In this document: in pieces, positions 1-11,456 of the stretch | How positions within the stretch are numbered: position 1 is the first letter of the stretch | How the letters are laid out: each line of letters opens with the position of its first letter | From: Octopus sinensis | Taxonomy: Eukaryota | DNA: 64,000 bases | Assembly (NCBI RefSeq): GCF_006345805.1 | Contig: NC_043021.1 | Location: 7,936,001 to 8,000,000, forward strand | Reading direction: 5' to 3' | Program-made: the position numbers and the translations under genes | The notes under the pieces: model-generated | What the model saw: only the letters and a program-made list of their open reading frames with translations | The model's database searches: none | Told to the model about the DNA's origin: nothing

Positions 1-720
1 TATATATTATCAGGCCACAAAATACTATGTATATAGTATCATTTTCAAACTGAGAGAAAAAAATTTTATCAAAAACTAGACGGAACAAGAACCTTCATCA
101 CAAAATATTGAAGAAGAAGAAAAAAAACAGTCCATCAAGCATACAACGTGTATAGTTTAGCATAACGCCAGCTGGTTTTTCACAAATATTTTACAGCAAA
201 ATTTGCTTGTTGAATTGGTGTAACTTAACTCAGATATTTCAATAGAATTCTAAATAGTGTCTATAGATGAACACACCACCACATATATTTTTAACAGCTG
301 AAGTAATAAACTATGAATCAGTTGTTTAAGTCAGTTTACATCAGTGATAAAATAAGCACAGCAAAGTATTCTATGACCATAGAGCAGTGTTATTATGTTG
401 CTATGCAAGTATGCAGCAAAAACAATAAATATTTTATTCAAATTACTGATTTTGACTTGAAACTGTTTAATAGTAGATCTGTTGTTTTATAGACATGTTA
501 CAAAGCTAAAGCCTACAGAAGACTTTTAGTAGAAAGTTATTGTCCTGTGTACGTTCAGTTGTCGATATTTTTTATTTAGTATGGATTGTATGTTTGTACA
601 TAGCGATACTATAATACCTGTAAAGTTATATATGATACATGTGTTTATAAGCATATGCATGTGTGTATGTTATATGTATGTATACACACGGAAACAAGTA
701 TATAGATGTGTGTGAGTGTA

Positions 721-761
<41 letters not shown>

Positions 762-870
762 CTGTAGAAACTCTGCCAGATCAGATTGGAGTCTGGTTCA
801 CCAAACCTCAGTCAAATCGTCCAACCCATGCTAGCATGGAAAGCAGACGTTAAATGATGATGATGATGAC

Positions 871-912
<42 letters not shown>

Positions 913-1036
913 GTACATACATACATACACACAAACAGGCAAATAAAAAACAAAAATAAAAACAAAAAACGTCAAAAAGACATACACAGTCAATGTATTA
1001 TGTTGATGCTCAGTTTAAGATAGGAAAAAAGAGGGG

Positions 1037-1071
1037 ATGTGACATTTCAAACATGGCTCTTTGTCAGAAAG
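1037..1071 (-). ncRNA. degenerate minimal hammerhead ribozyme motif in a short Penelope-like element (about 940-1135)
   Basis: Minus strand reads CTTT-CTGACAA-A-GAGC-CAT-GTTT-GAAA-TG-TC-ACAT. Core lesions are mostly CpG-type transitions from CTGACGA...CGAAACGTC. Confidence 0.4.
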
Positions 1072-1393
1072 AGGAAAGAAGAAAGGTTCAGAGAGTAGGA
1101 AAAAAATAGTCCGAGGATAGCACGTCTGGTTACATGGCTCAAGTGACCCTTATACACACACATGTATAAGCATACATGCATATGCTAATAAGCACATATT
1201 CTTTTATTCTTTTGTTTCAGTCATGCTGGAGCACCACCTTGAAATGTTTTTGTCAATTCGACTCCAGGACTTATTTGGTATTATATATTTAGAAGCAAGA
1301 AAAAATACTCCTAAAAGATAACTATAGAATTTATATTCAGTTAGATTGTTCGACACTACAAACATTTTTTTCTCTCCTTGTTTTTCTGTGTCC

Positions 1394-1429
1394 CTTTCTG
1401 CAGAAGAGCATAGGCTCGAAACGTAAAAG
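1394..1429 (+). ncRNA. minimal type-I hammerhead-like motif (core variant CUGCAGA) in a short Penelope-like element (about 1345-1490)
   Basis: Stem I CTTT/AAAG, core CTGCAGA, extra A, stem II GAGC-atag-GCTC, GAAA, palindromic ACGT stem III, GTA cleavage triplet. Confidence 0.55.
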
Positions 1430-2522
1430 ACTTTTTCTATTCCTGAGCGTTATATTAATACATCTGTTTGTTTTGTACACCACCTGTTTTTGTCGATTCG
1501 ACTCCAGGACTTGATTTTTAAGTCCTAATACTTAATCTCTTTGCTGAACCACTAAGTTATATAAAGTGTATGAGAGAATTGTTGATGCAAGCATGGCTGT
1601 TTGGTTAAGAAGTGTCAGGTGCTCCATTTATTGTCAACTCCTACTGAACGGAGGCCTGGACAAGCCATGGCAGATATGCAACATACATGCACACACACAC
1701 ACACTCTGAAATACAGTTATACCATTTTGTAATTACCATTAGTATTTTAATGCACCAGTATTTCTGTGTTAATATAATTTACATGGCTTGCATACTAAAA
1801 CCTTTGTAATAATTCTCATTATCTAATCTGTATGATCTAACATTCTCAAATCTCAGGTCTCCTCTAGTTTCTGTCCATGTTTGTCGTAGTCTGTCTGTCA
1901 CAGTTTTCATTGTGAAACAACAGCACTTTATTGTTTTACTTAGCAATGTACTGTGCATTCTTATTACATGTTCGTAGCAAGACAACTGTTTCTCTTGTAG
2001 TAATAATCACTGTTGCTTATCTTTTATGTCGAACTGCCTTCTCAATTCATATATTTAATTCATTCCCAAATGGGTGAACAATAGCTGTTGGTTGGTTAGA
2101 GGCTTCCAATTGACTAATGGTTCATTGCATTTCTGACACTGACTTTTGACAAAAGATTATCTGTAATTTGATCTAAATCAACTATCTCAAGTGTTGTTGT
2201 GCTGGATTAACCGTTAAGCAAAACAACCATGTGCTCAGGGTGTCAGTTGAAGTGGGGCACACAGTAATGGTAAATGGTTTATGACACAAAAGAAATCACT
2301 TTCATCATCATTATCATTGTTTAACATTGCAACATTTATGCAACTTCTACACGGAGTGAGGTCAGGCTAAATTTGACAATTTATTTTATGTCTTGTTTTT
2401 TTTTTCAGGATGTATTGGAGAACAGTTAATGGCATTGGAGAACATAAAAATTAAAGTTGTAGTTGAGAAAAAGTTAATTAACATGGGGGACTGGAAGCCG
2501 TCTGAGTACAAGAATAGAGTTA

Positions 2523-2911
2523 CCTGCCGGTGGTATGTAAGAGAACCAGCAGCTGTGATACCAGTGCCAGTGGCACGTAAGAGAACCATCCGAATGTGGC
2601 CGTTGCCAGCGCCGCCCCAACTGGCCTCATGCCGGTGGCACGTAAAAAGCACCATCCGTTCGTGGCTGTTGCCAGCCTCGCCTCGCCCCCGTGCCGGTGG
2701 CACATAAAATGCACCATCCAATTGTGGCCGTTTGCCAGCCTCGTCTGGCACGTAAAAAGCACCCACTACACTCACAGAGTGGTTGGCGTTAGGAAGGGCA
2801 TCCAGCCGTAGAAACATTGCCAGATCAGACTGGGTCTGGTGCAGCCTTCTGGCTTCCCAGACCCCAGTTGAACCGTCCAACCCATGCTAGCATGGAAAGC
2901 GGATGCTAAAC

Positions 2912-2944
<33 letters not shown>
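2523..2944 (+). mobile_element. RTE-clade LINE 3' UTR fragment with internal motif repeats and (GAT)n tail
   Basis: Repeated tgccggtggcacgtaaaaagcacc motif, ggcgttaggaagggcatccagccg block and (gat)n tail. The same sequence follows RTE ORF ends at 9578, 40866 and 43525. Confidence 0.75.
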
Positions 2945-2945
<1 letters not shown>

Positions 2946-2989
2946 CATGCTAGGTATCAAAATACCAACATTATGACTGCTATTAAATG

Positions 2990-3930
2990 ATCTGTGAACA
3001 CTGTAAAGGCAACAAGATGTGGAATGGACAGTTGCAACGGAGACTACAAAGCTGTGGCCAGCAAGAAGGAACACAGAAGTTGTTCTGACTGCACCTGCAT
3101 GCCAGAATTCATCCCCACATTTTTTTTAGCAAATTCAGACGGTTATGGGAAGCTGCTGGAGACTGCAGTCAATTCCTGGTTGGAAAGGGTGTTGCTGGAA
3201 GGCCAGATGTATATGACAGCAGGACTCAGCTTCTTGCCATACATCCAGAAAGAGTGAGAAGTGGTTGTTGGAGAATTTGTATGTGACTTCACCAACCCCA
3301 ATTTCTGCCCCTCCAATTCTCTTGATTGTAATCCCATGGATTATTATGTGTGGGGTACAGTTGAGAAAAACATCTGTTTTTTTATTACCCACTAGGGGCG
3401 AACATAGAGGGGACAATACAATCTGATGTGGGGTCAGATACACGAATGGGATTACAAAAAGATGAATTTAAAAATTTACAAAAATTACAAAAATATGAAG
3501 AAATCGAAGAAATCGAATGAAGAACAGACCGGAAGACATTACGGATGGAGTGGGAGCGGGTTTAGCTCGGACCCCACGAGCCCCGCCTCCCCACTGATAC
3601 TTTGGTTTCGTCTAGTATTACATTTATGTGGTATCATCAGTTCAGAAAAACATCAACTACTCAACCAGTAACACCAAGGCCAAGCTGGTGGCAGAGGTCA
3701 AGGGATGCTTGAAGATCTTCCCAAGGAAACAGTGAGGAACACATGCACCAAGGTTCCAGAAGCACCTTAAGGCTGCAATTGAAGCTGAGGATGGCTGCTT
3801 TGAGTAAACGTATCTCCTAGTCATAATCTAATTGATATTGTTTATTTTTAAAATACTTTATTTTCGACAAGGATATTGTATTCTCTTTTCATTTTATGTG
3901 AACTGTAAAATTTAGCCTGAACATCCTGTA
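2990..3930 (+). mobile_element. degenerate Tc1/mariner-superfamily transposon (maT/DD37D-like), interrupted at 3375-3643
   Basis: Frameshifted transposase motifs NSDGYGKLLETAVNSWLERV, QQDSASCHTSRKS, PSNSLDCNPMDYYVWGTVEK, then NTKAKLVAEVK...HLKAAIEAEDGCFE*. Right end ...catcctgTA. Confidence 0.8.
3375..3643 (-). mobile_element. 5'-truncated non-LTR retrotransposon 3' UTR sharing its tail with SINE-B
   Basis: Flanked by direct repeat agaaaaacatc (3364-3374 and 3644-3654). Minus strand ends ttgtcccctctatgttcgcccctagtgggtaataaaaaaaa. Confidence 0.7.
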
Positions 3931-3934
3931 CACG

Positions 3935-4143
3935 TACTCTTTACTCTTTTACTTGTTTCAGTCATTTGACTGCGCCATGCTGGAGCACCGCCTTTAGTCA
4001 AGCAAATCGACCCCGGGACTTATTCTTTGTAAGCCCAGTACTTATTCTATCGGTCTCTTTTGCCGAACCGCTAAGTAACGGGGACGTAAACACACCAGCA
4101 TCGGTTGTCAAGCAATGCTAGGGGGACAAACACAGACACACAA

Positions 4144-4192
<49 letters not shown>

Positions 4193-4358
4193 TACGACAG
4201 GCTTCTTTCAGTTTCCGTCTACCAAATCCACTCACAAGGCATTGGTCGGCCCAGGGCTATAGCAGAAGACACTTGCCCAAGATACCATGCAGTGGGACTG
4301 AACCCGGAGCCAATGTGGTTGGTTAGCAAGCTACTTACCACACAGCCACTCCTGCGCC
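3935..4358 (-). mobile_element. SINE-A, full length (tRNA head, CORE-like block, internal (TA)n, CR1-like tail)
   Basis: A box tggctgtgtgg, B-box-like gggttcagtccc, CORE-like cttgggcaagtgtctt, tail ggcggtgctccagcatgg...tgactgaaacaagtaaaagag. More than ten similar copies in the window. Confidence 0.9.
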
Positions 4359-4656
4359 TATATCTGCGTACTATCTGTAAAACACCAACATAAAACATCT
4401 AATCTCGCCTACCATATAGCTTTTAGCTTCAAAAAGATGGAAACATCAGCAGTATCTCCCTCGAGTGTGAGCACCCAGCTTAAAGCATACTCCTATTGAG
4501 TTGTCCTTTATAATTCTGATAACCAAAGCTAAACATCGTTAATCCCTCAGCTACTTCCATAAACATGGTGCACACTAATCAAAATACATTGAAATAGGTC
4601 AACTAGTAGTAAACACTATTACAACTGTCCCAAATTACCCAGTTAAATGGAATGCA

Positions 4657-4658
<2 letters not shown>

Positions 4659-4704
<46 letters not shown>

Positions 4705-4725
4705 ACTCCCTCCCTTTCTCTCTCT
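4659..4725. repeat. (TC)n microsatellite
   Basis: Read directly from the sequence. Confidence 0.95.
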
Positions 4726-5371
4726 TTAAACTTGATTATATATCACCAGTTATGCCATCTCCAGAGAATGAATATATATAATGAAATTAAATATCGGAAC
4801 AAGTAATGAGATATACCACCAAGTTCAGCAGGGAATAATGTTTCTGAAAATGTTCCTTGCAAATTTATTTACATAGTATCATATTTGTTTTGCTTTATTT
4901 ACTGAACCTATCCATCACAGATGGCCAAACATTGGACAAATAACTGAAGGGGTTGGCAGTTCATATCCCATTGCCAGTATTTCCCTGTATTTATGGCCAA
5001 GACAATTTATTATGCTTGCTGGCTCAGTCACCTAACTATATAAATAGGTGCTCTGAGAAAACAGCACAAAGTTATATACTTGTTGCGTGTGCTGAGTTGG
5101 GGTCTTGACTAAACAGCAGGGAAACATAACAATGTGTTTCTGAAAAGATCCTGAAATTGAGAGGAACACTGGAATTGTAATACTTTCATTATTTCATGTG
5201 CATAAAACAATCCTTCAGGGGATTGATAAGAAAAAAATACTAATTCAGGAGAGTGGATTGGCAGAACTTATACTTGCAGTGGCATACACCTAGGGTAGGT
5301 TGAGCCAGTTCCAACCAACAATTTCACCACACCCCTTATGAATGCTGTCATCGAGGCTATAATCAATACCT

Positions 5372-5582
5372 ATTTCTTTACTACCCACAAGGGGCTAAAC
5401 ACAGAGGAGACAGACAAACGGATTAAGTTGATTACATCGACCCCCCAGTGCGAAACTGGTACTTTATTTATCAACCCCGAAAGGATGAAAGGCAAAGTCG
5501 ACCTCGGAGGAATTTGAACTCAGAACGTATCCGAATTCAGAACGTATCCGAAATCAGAACGTATCTGAACTCAGAACGTATC
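5372..5582 (-). mobile_element. SINE-B, 5'-truncated, with 4 tandem ~17-bp cagaacgtatccgaa units at its 5' junction
   Basis: Matches other SINE-B copies. Flanked by direct repeat ggctataatcaatacc. Confidence 0.85.
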
Positions 5583-5843
5583 GGCTATAATCAATACCCA
5601 CACCCAGTTCTACTGCCAAGGACCATAGATGCAGAGGCCTGATTGTGCTTTTATGTCTGCTTTTGGCATAGCCAGCCGTCTTCAGTTGTCCCCCAGCTCA
5701 TTTGTAGCAGCCTGGGAGAACTGGGATATTTGCAGAACTGTAACAAATTAAATTGAATGCCTTGAAGTATTCATCCCTCCTCTTTGTGTTCTGAATTTAA
5801 GCCTTACAATGGTCTTCTTGGATGGTAGACTTAATCTGTCACC

Positions 5844-6500
5844 TGGTTTAACATCACCACCAGCCCCGAGCTGCATAAACTAATAAGGAGAATACAGGAG
5901 GCAGTCGAAAAAGCCAGCTTCTATATATGGCTGAAGCGGGAAGACCGAAAATGGCTTGAAAGTCATAAACATGCTGGCGAGAAATAATATCATTAGGTGA
6001 GACAAGCTGACTGAATCAGCTTCGCTGACTGACAGGTGACGGTCATTTAGAAAAAGCACGGGCTAAAACTACGCACCTTCACTGGTCAGTTAAGGTGAGA
6101 CAGTGTCACGTGACAACTTGCTGGGGCTGCCTGCTGGAGCCTATGCGGCAGGTATTTAAAGGGAAAAATTTGACAAGACAGTCAGTCACCGGCTGACACT
6201 CGCTGACGATACATCGAAGAGGCCAGGGAACAGAAGAAAGAAGACATGCACCCAACACCAGAGCTGAAGACACCTCCGAAAAGGGGGGCCCTGCCATGTC
6301 AAAACGGTAGAGGAGTAGGGGCCGAAACCAGACATGGTTCCTCCTGATGATGTCTTGAGCTAACTGGATCCTATAAAGGAGCCTGTTGTGGTAGCAGACC
6401 ACAAAACACGGTTGTAATTCCTATATATACTGACTGAATATAAATTCTATAGTTATCTTTTAGGAGTATTTTTTTCTTGCTTCTAAATATATAATACCAA
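5844..6500 (+). mobile_element. 3' end of a restriction-like-endonuclease non-LTR retrotransposon (HERO-like) and probable 3' UTR
   Basis: 5844-5987 translates WFNITTSPELHKLIRRIQEAVEKASFYIWLKREDRKWLESHKHAGEK*, resembling the HERO C-terminal A-E-x-AS-x-x-x-W-L-K-R...W motif. The UTR extent is uncertain. Confidence 0.6.
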
Positions 6501-7214
6501 AATTATTAATGTAAAACATTTCTGTACAACAGATCTTCCATCACATGACTTTACTCTTTTATGAAAACTAATGATTATTTCATAATTTCCCCTCATAATA
6601 AATATTACAAAGAAAATCCATTTTATAACTATATTTACCTATCTCACCATAATGATTGGTAGCAATCATTGACAACATAGGGATCATAATGATATTAACT
6701 TCCAGTATTGGCATAAGGCTACTATTTTTATGGGACAATAAAATCAATTAAATCAACTGCATTAATTGATTCATATTTTTAGTGATGATGATGCGAGAGT
6801 CATAACAATAATTGCTTGTAACATGGGAGCAAAGTCAGAGATTTGAGGAGAGAGGGAGAAGGAGTCAGTCAATCAGGTCCATCCCGCCTCACACCAATCA
6901 GTATTTGGATGGTATTTTATTTTATCAACCTTGGAAGGATGAAAGACAAAGTTGAGCTGAATGAGAGTTGAACCCAGAACATAAAATGTTGTAGCTAAAC
7001 ACTACAAGATATTTTGCCCAACAGTCTAACAAATAAACCACACTTGAGTATCGTAATAATAATTTCTAACATTGGCCATCCAGGCTTCATAAGTTGGTGA
7101 TGGACAGGGGATTAGGTTAATTAGATTGCCCCACCCCCCAATATTTCTCTGACTAGTATGTATATTACTGAGCCTCAGAATGATGACTTTAATTAGATTT
7201 GAACTCATGCTGGG

Positions 7215-7430
7215 GCCATGGAAAAGGCACTTGTGCCGACACGACATAGAAGTGCTCGTGCTGGTTAAAAATACCCAACACACACTGTAAAATGGTTGAT
7301 GTTAGGAAGAGCATCCATCCATAGAAACCAAGTCAAATCAGACTGAAACCTGGTGTGGCTTTTCGGCTACCAGTTCTGGTCAAACCGTCCAACCCATGTC
7401 AGCATGGAAAATAGATGATGAAGGATGATG
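7215..7430 (+). mobile_element. diverged RTE 3' UTR fragment
   Basis: gttaggaagagcatccatcc...caaaccgtccaacccatgtcagcatggaaaa followed by gatgatga. Confidence 0.7.
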
Positions 7431-7432
7431 AA

Positions 7433-7603
7433 TGGAAGTGGTTGTGTGGTAAGTAGCTTGCTTACCAACCACATGGTTCCGGGTTCAGTCCTACTGCGTG
7501 GCATCTTGGGCAAGTGTCTTCTGCTATAGCCTCAGGCCGACCAATGCCTTGTGAGTGGATTTGGTAGACAGAAACTGAAAGAAGCCTGTCGTATATATGT
7601 ATA

Positions 7604-7689
<86 letters not shown>

Positions 7690-7912
7690 ATATGATTGTG
7701 TGTCAGTGTTTTTCCCTCTAGCATTGCTTGACAACCGATGCTGGTGTGTTTACGTCCCCGTCACTTAGCGGTTCGGCAAAAGAGACCGATAGAATAAGTA
7801 CTGGGCTTACAAAGAATAAGTCCTGGGGTCGATTTGCTTGACTAAAGGCGGTGCTCCAGCATGGCTGCAGTCAAATGACTGAAACAAGTAAAAGAGTAAA
7901 GAGTAAAGAGTA
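7433..7912 (+). mobile_element. SINE-A
   Basis: Nearly full-length match to the family, with internal (TA)n and (aaagagt)n tail. Confidence 0.9.
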
Positions 7913-8379
7913 ACTAACTACTGCAAATCATTTTTATCTGGCACTGTGTCAATCCTGCTATCTACAATAATAATGATGATGATGATGGTGATGATGGTGA
8001 TGATGATGATGATGATGACTATAATGATGATTTCTCATACTGGTGGTACTTGAGAGACAATCAGCAAATTTACTTCTCTTCAGTAGTCATTTCTTTTGTC
8101 CTTTTGTAAAAAAAAAAACATTCTAAATCGTAACAAGCCTACCTTTTTGTCTCCCATCTACTTACTACAAGTTTACATTCCCACATTGTTCACATACATA
8201 CAATACATACATACATACACATGCATATGTAACACATTTTAATGTATTTAGTGTATATCTCATAGCCAACAGATGCTGAAAGCACTTGTTGTCAGATCAC
8301 TGAAGTAAAATACAATACCGAATGAGACAAGTACTTAGATTGTTGATCAATTTCATTTCAAAACTTGTAATTTACTTAA

Positions 8380-8598
8380 CCCTTTAGTGTTCAGATTATT
8401 CAATCAAACATAATGCCTATTGATTCCCATTGATTTGAATTAATCATGCATTATCTCATATCTTCAAGATCTTGATGGTGTAATTACTTAATGTAGAATA
8501 ACATTGTGGGGTAGGTGTGAGAGCCTGGATCTGGTCAGTTTGAACATAAAACAGATTAAATATTTTGGCCGGATATGGCCGGTTTAAATACTAAAGGG
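8380..8598. mobile_element. piggyBac-like MITE
   Basis: TTAA on both sides and termini CCCTTTAGT...ACTAAAGGG. A truncated relative lies at about 8966-9035. Confidence 0.8.
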
Positions 8599-9577
8599 TT
8601 AAGGAATAATCAGTATTTTATCAATTTAGATTAGCTAAGCTGGTGCATACATTTCCTGAACTAATAATTCCTGAAAAGAGTTTACCAAGAATATTCTGCT
8701 TAGAGCCATTGTCTTTCAACTATGTTAAGACAACATCATTCACTAAGTTATTATATAAGGTTCAAAAACCCTATAAAGGCTGAATTGTACTGCATTCCTG
8801 AACCCAGCAAATAAATAACATTTATTCTATATAGTTAATGTATCACTTGTCATGTCGTATGATATTGGATATATATTCAACACTGTTTATTCATATTTAT
8901 AACTACCTACAACAAAAAAATTCTTCCTGGTTGTCCACAGAAATCTAATGACAACCTCGACTCCCTTAACTATTTAGCATTTAGATTATTCTGTCAAATG
9001 CAATGTCTATTTATTCACACTGTTTTGAATTAACGATGTTCAAGAGGGGTGTCAACAATAATTTGTTTGTAATTTTGTTAATTTTTTATGTGCAGACTTG
9101 GAATTTTGTCAGTCGGTTTATAAATATCAATGCTTCACAATTGGGTGTTTTCAATAAAATTAGGAACATGTACTGGTGCTGTATTTTTTGATCATCAATA
9201 ATACTTTGAATTGCGTTCTAAAGTTTTTCTCCACTCTCACTATCAAAATACTCTTCCATGCTGGACAAAAATTCAGACACAACTACATCAAATTCATCCA
9301 AAGACAAGTCATTGCCATTCCCCTACCCACTCTCCTTTTTTTCTTTTTTTACCTACATTTTCTGCATCTTCAAGTGGAATTCCTTCAAAACTGGATTTGC
9401 TACTCACTGAAGCGATATCAGTAATTATAAATAAATTCAATCTCCACTTCAAACATTGAAAAAAGAGAGAAAAAGTTAAACAAGCAATAACTTCCATTAT
9501 GCCAGTAATCCAGTTCACTAATTATCAGTTGTACTGATCCTGCCCATAAGAATGGAACAAATAATACAATCTTTAGG

Positions 9578-9860
9578 TTTCACTGAGGAAATGACCAGAG
9601 ACCGAGACCTTTAGAAGTATGCTGTGCATGGGAAGACCCGGAAGGACAAGTGAGACCATAACCCGTGGCCTCTACCTGGGACGTAGCCAGCCCACTTATG
9701 CATACCTTTCCTTCTTGTAACACAAACCCTACATATGAAGACCTGTTGAGGCAAGTGAAAATCAAAATCAAAATCAATCAACATCAATGGAAATTGTAGC
9801 TGTGATACCAGTGCTGGTGGCATGTAAGAGAACCATCCGAATGTGGCCGTTGCCAGCGCT
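9578..9860 (+). mobile_element. RTE LINE ORF C-terminus plus start of 3' UTR
   Basis: FTEEMTRDRDL*KYAVHGKTRKDK* (RTE-like DR..W..AV end) leading into the gctgtgataccagtgctggtggcatgtaagagaaccatcc motif. Confidence 0.7.
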
Positions 9861-10136
9861 AATTTATGGGGACATAAACAAACCAACATCCGTTGTCAAA
9901 CAGTGGAGAGGAAAACACACACACACAGAGGCACAAGAGTGGCTGTGAGGTAAGAAGCTTGCTTCCCAATCATAATCAGTACTTGTCTGATCTATTTAGG
10001 AGGGCATAAATTCTGAATATGAACTGGCTCGGACTCTGCTATTTCTAGCAATGGAAAGGAAAAACCATAAGCCTCATGGTTTAAAAAAAAAAATATAATG
10101 GAAGGAAACTCATAAAAAAATGTAATAAATTGTAAA

Positions 10137-10283
10137 TCACTCTTCATCAGTGCTGCATTCTTCAAAGCCTGAAAATTCAGTAATATCTTTGAATTCTAGG
10201 AAATCTTTGCTATTCTCAGAATCGTCTTCGTAGAAAAAGTCATTTTCAGTGCCATCTAAATTGTTGTTTATGAGGAATGCATG
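10137..10283 (-). mobile_element. pogo/Tigger-type transposase C-terminal remnant
   Basis: AFLINNNLDGTENDFFYEDDSENSKDFLEFKDITEFSGFEECSTDEE*, resembling the pogo N-x-LDG-x-E-D acidic tail ending in F-x-GF. Confidence 0.55.
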
Positions 10284-10719
10284 AGCCAACTTGGAGAACA
10301 TGATTCAGAGTGAGGTATTTACGAGTAAACCAGTACAGTTGCCAAATATCTCCATTATCTCTCTGCTAATTTTTAATGTAAAAAGCCAGTACTGATACAT
10401 ATATTGTAAAAATTAAACAGGAATATAGGGTGAACAGGAAAACAGAATAAAATAAACAGAAATACAAGAATACATTTTAGCAGGTTTACATCTCCTAAAA
10501 TAGACTTGCCCACTTGGTTCCACTGTTGGCAGTCTTTTACAAATGCATTGTAATGATGCAATTTTTAAGATAAAAAGATGTTTCGATTGAAAATCCAGGA
10601 ATATACATTTAAAATTTAGGAACATAATCTTCTATATGCATCTAATGTATAGGGCAGTTTGTAAGAGCAGATTTTGATAACAAAAAAGCACACATCATTT
10701 GTTGTGAAATACAATATAG

Positions 10720-11035
10720 ATCATCATCATCATCATCATTGTTTAACATCCGTTTTCCGCGCTAGCACGGGTTGGACGGTTCGACCGGGGTCTGGGGAGC
10801 CAGGGGCTGCTCCAGGCTCCAGTCTGATCTGGCAGTGTTTCTACAGCTGGATGCCCTTCCTAACGCCAACCACTCCGTGAGTGTAGTGGGTGCTTTTTAC
10901 GTGCCACCTGCACAGGTGCCAGAGGGGTCTGGCATTGGCCACGATCGGTTGGTGCTTTTTATGTGCCACCGGCACAGAAGCCAGTCAAGGCGGTGCTGGC
11001 ATCGGCCACATTCGGATGGTGCTTTTTATGTGCCT
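10720..11035 (-). mobile_element. RTE 3' UTR fragment
   Basis: Reverse complement of the 2523-2944 family, with (cat)n at the left. Confidence 0.8.
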
Positions 11036-11456
11036 GAAGGAAGGAACAGGTAAAATCCAGGCTACACAGGCTTCTTAGCTAGTTGATCATCTAATGTAAT
11101 AATTACTCAAGGGATACTCATAGCAACTCTTGTTGCTAACCATAAGGTATACAAAACACATCAGCTTATTGAATTTCCTCAGAACTTTGAAATGGGAAAA
11201 AGTGTGCAACTTTCAACACCAATAAATTGTTATTGTTCCTGGCCACACACTGTCCACTTTTTGTTTTCTATACCTGCCACAGACTGCTTGAAACTTACAA
11301 ACTTCATACATTTGGATGCCTGGATCTTACACTTGTCTATCTATCTTTATATATATAGTTAATACACATATTTTTTAAAATATTTATTTGATATTTAGTA
11401 TAAGTTAAGATAAGTACATTTATTCTATTATTATTATTTTTTATTCTTTATTGTGT

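Noticed and set aside
1779-1985. Minus-strand ORF ...MKTVTDRLRQTWTETRGDLRFENVRSYRLDNENYYKGFSMQAM near a possible donor
   Set aside because: No recognisable homology or clear acceptor; too weak to call.
3590-3645. CTGATGA...GAAAC on the minus strand resembling a hammerhead
   Set aside because: Stem II does not close, stem I is out of register, and the motif overlaps an insertion junction.
6258-6420. CTGAAGA / GAAACCA-gaca-TGGTTC / CTGATGA cluster as a hammerhead
   Set aside because: No arrangement gives both a valid stem I and a valid stem II.
9190-9518. Acidic minus-strand frames (EGIPLEDAENV..., DEFDVVVSEFLSSMEEYFDSESGE)
   Set aside because: Broken by stops and frameshifts. Probably a decayed transposon, but not assignable.
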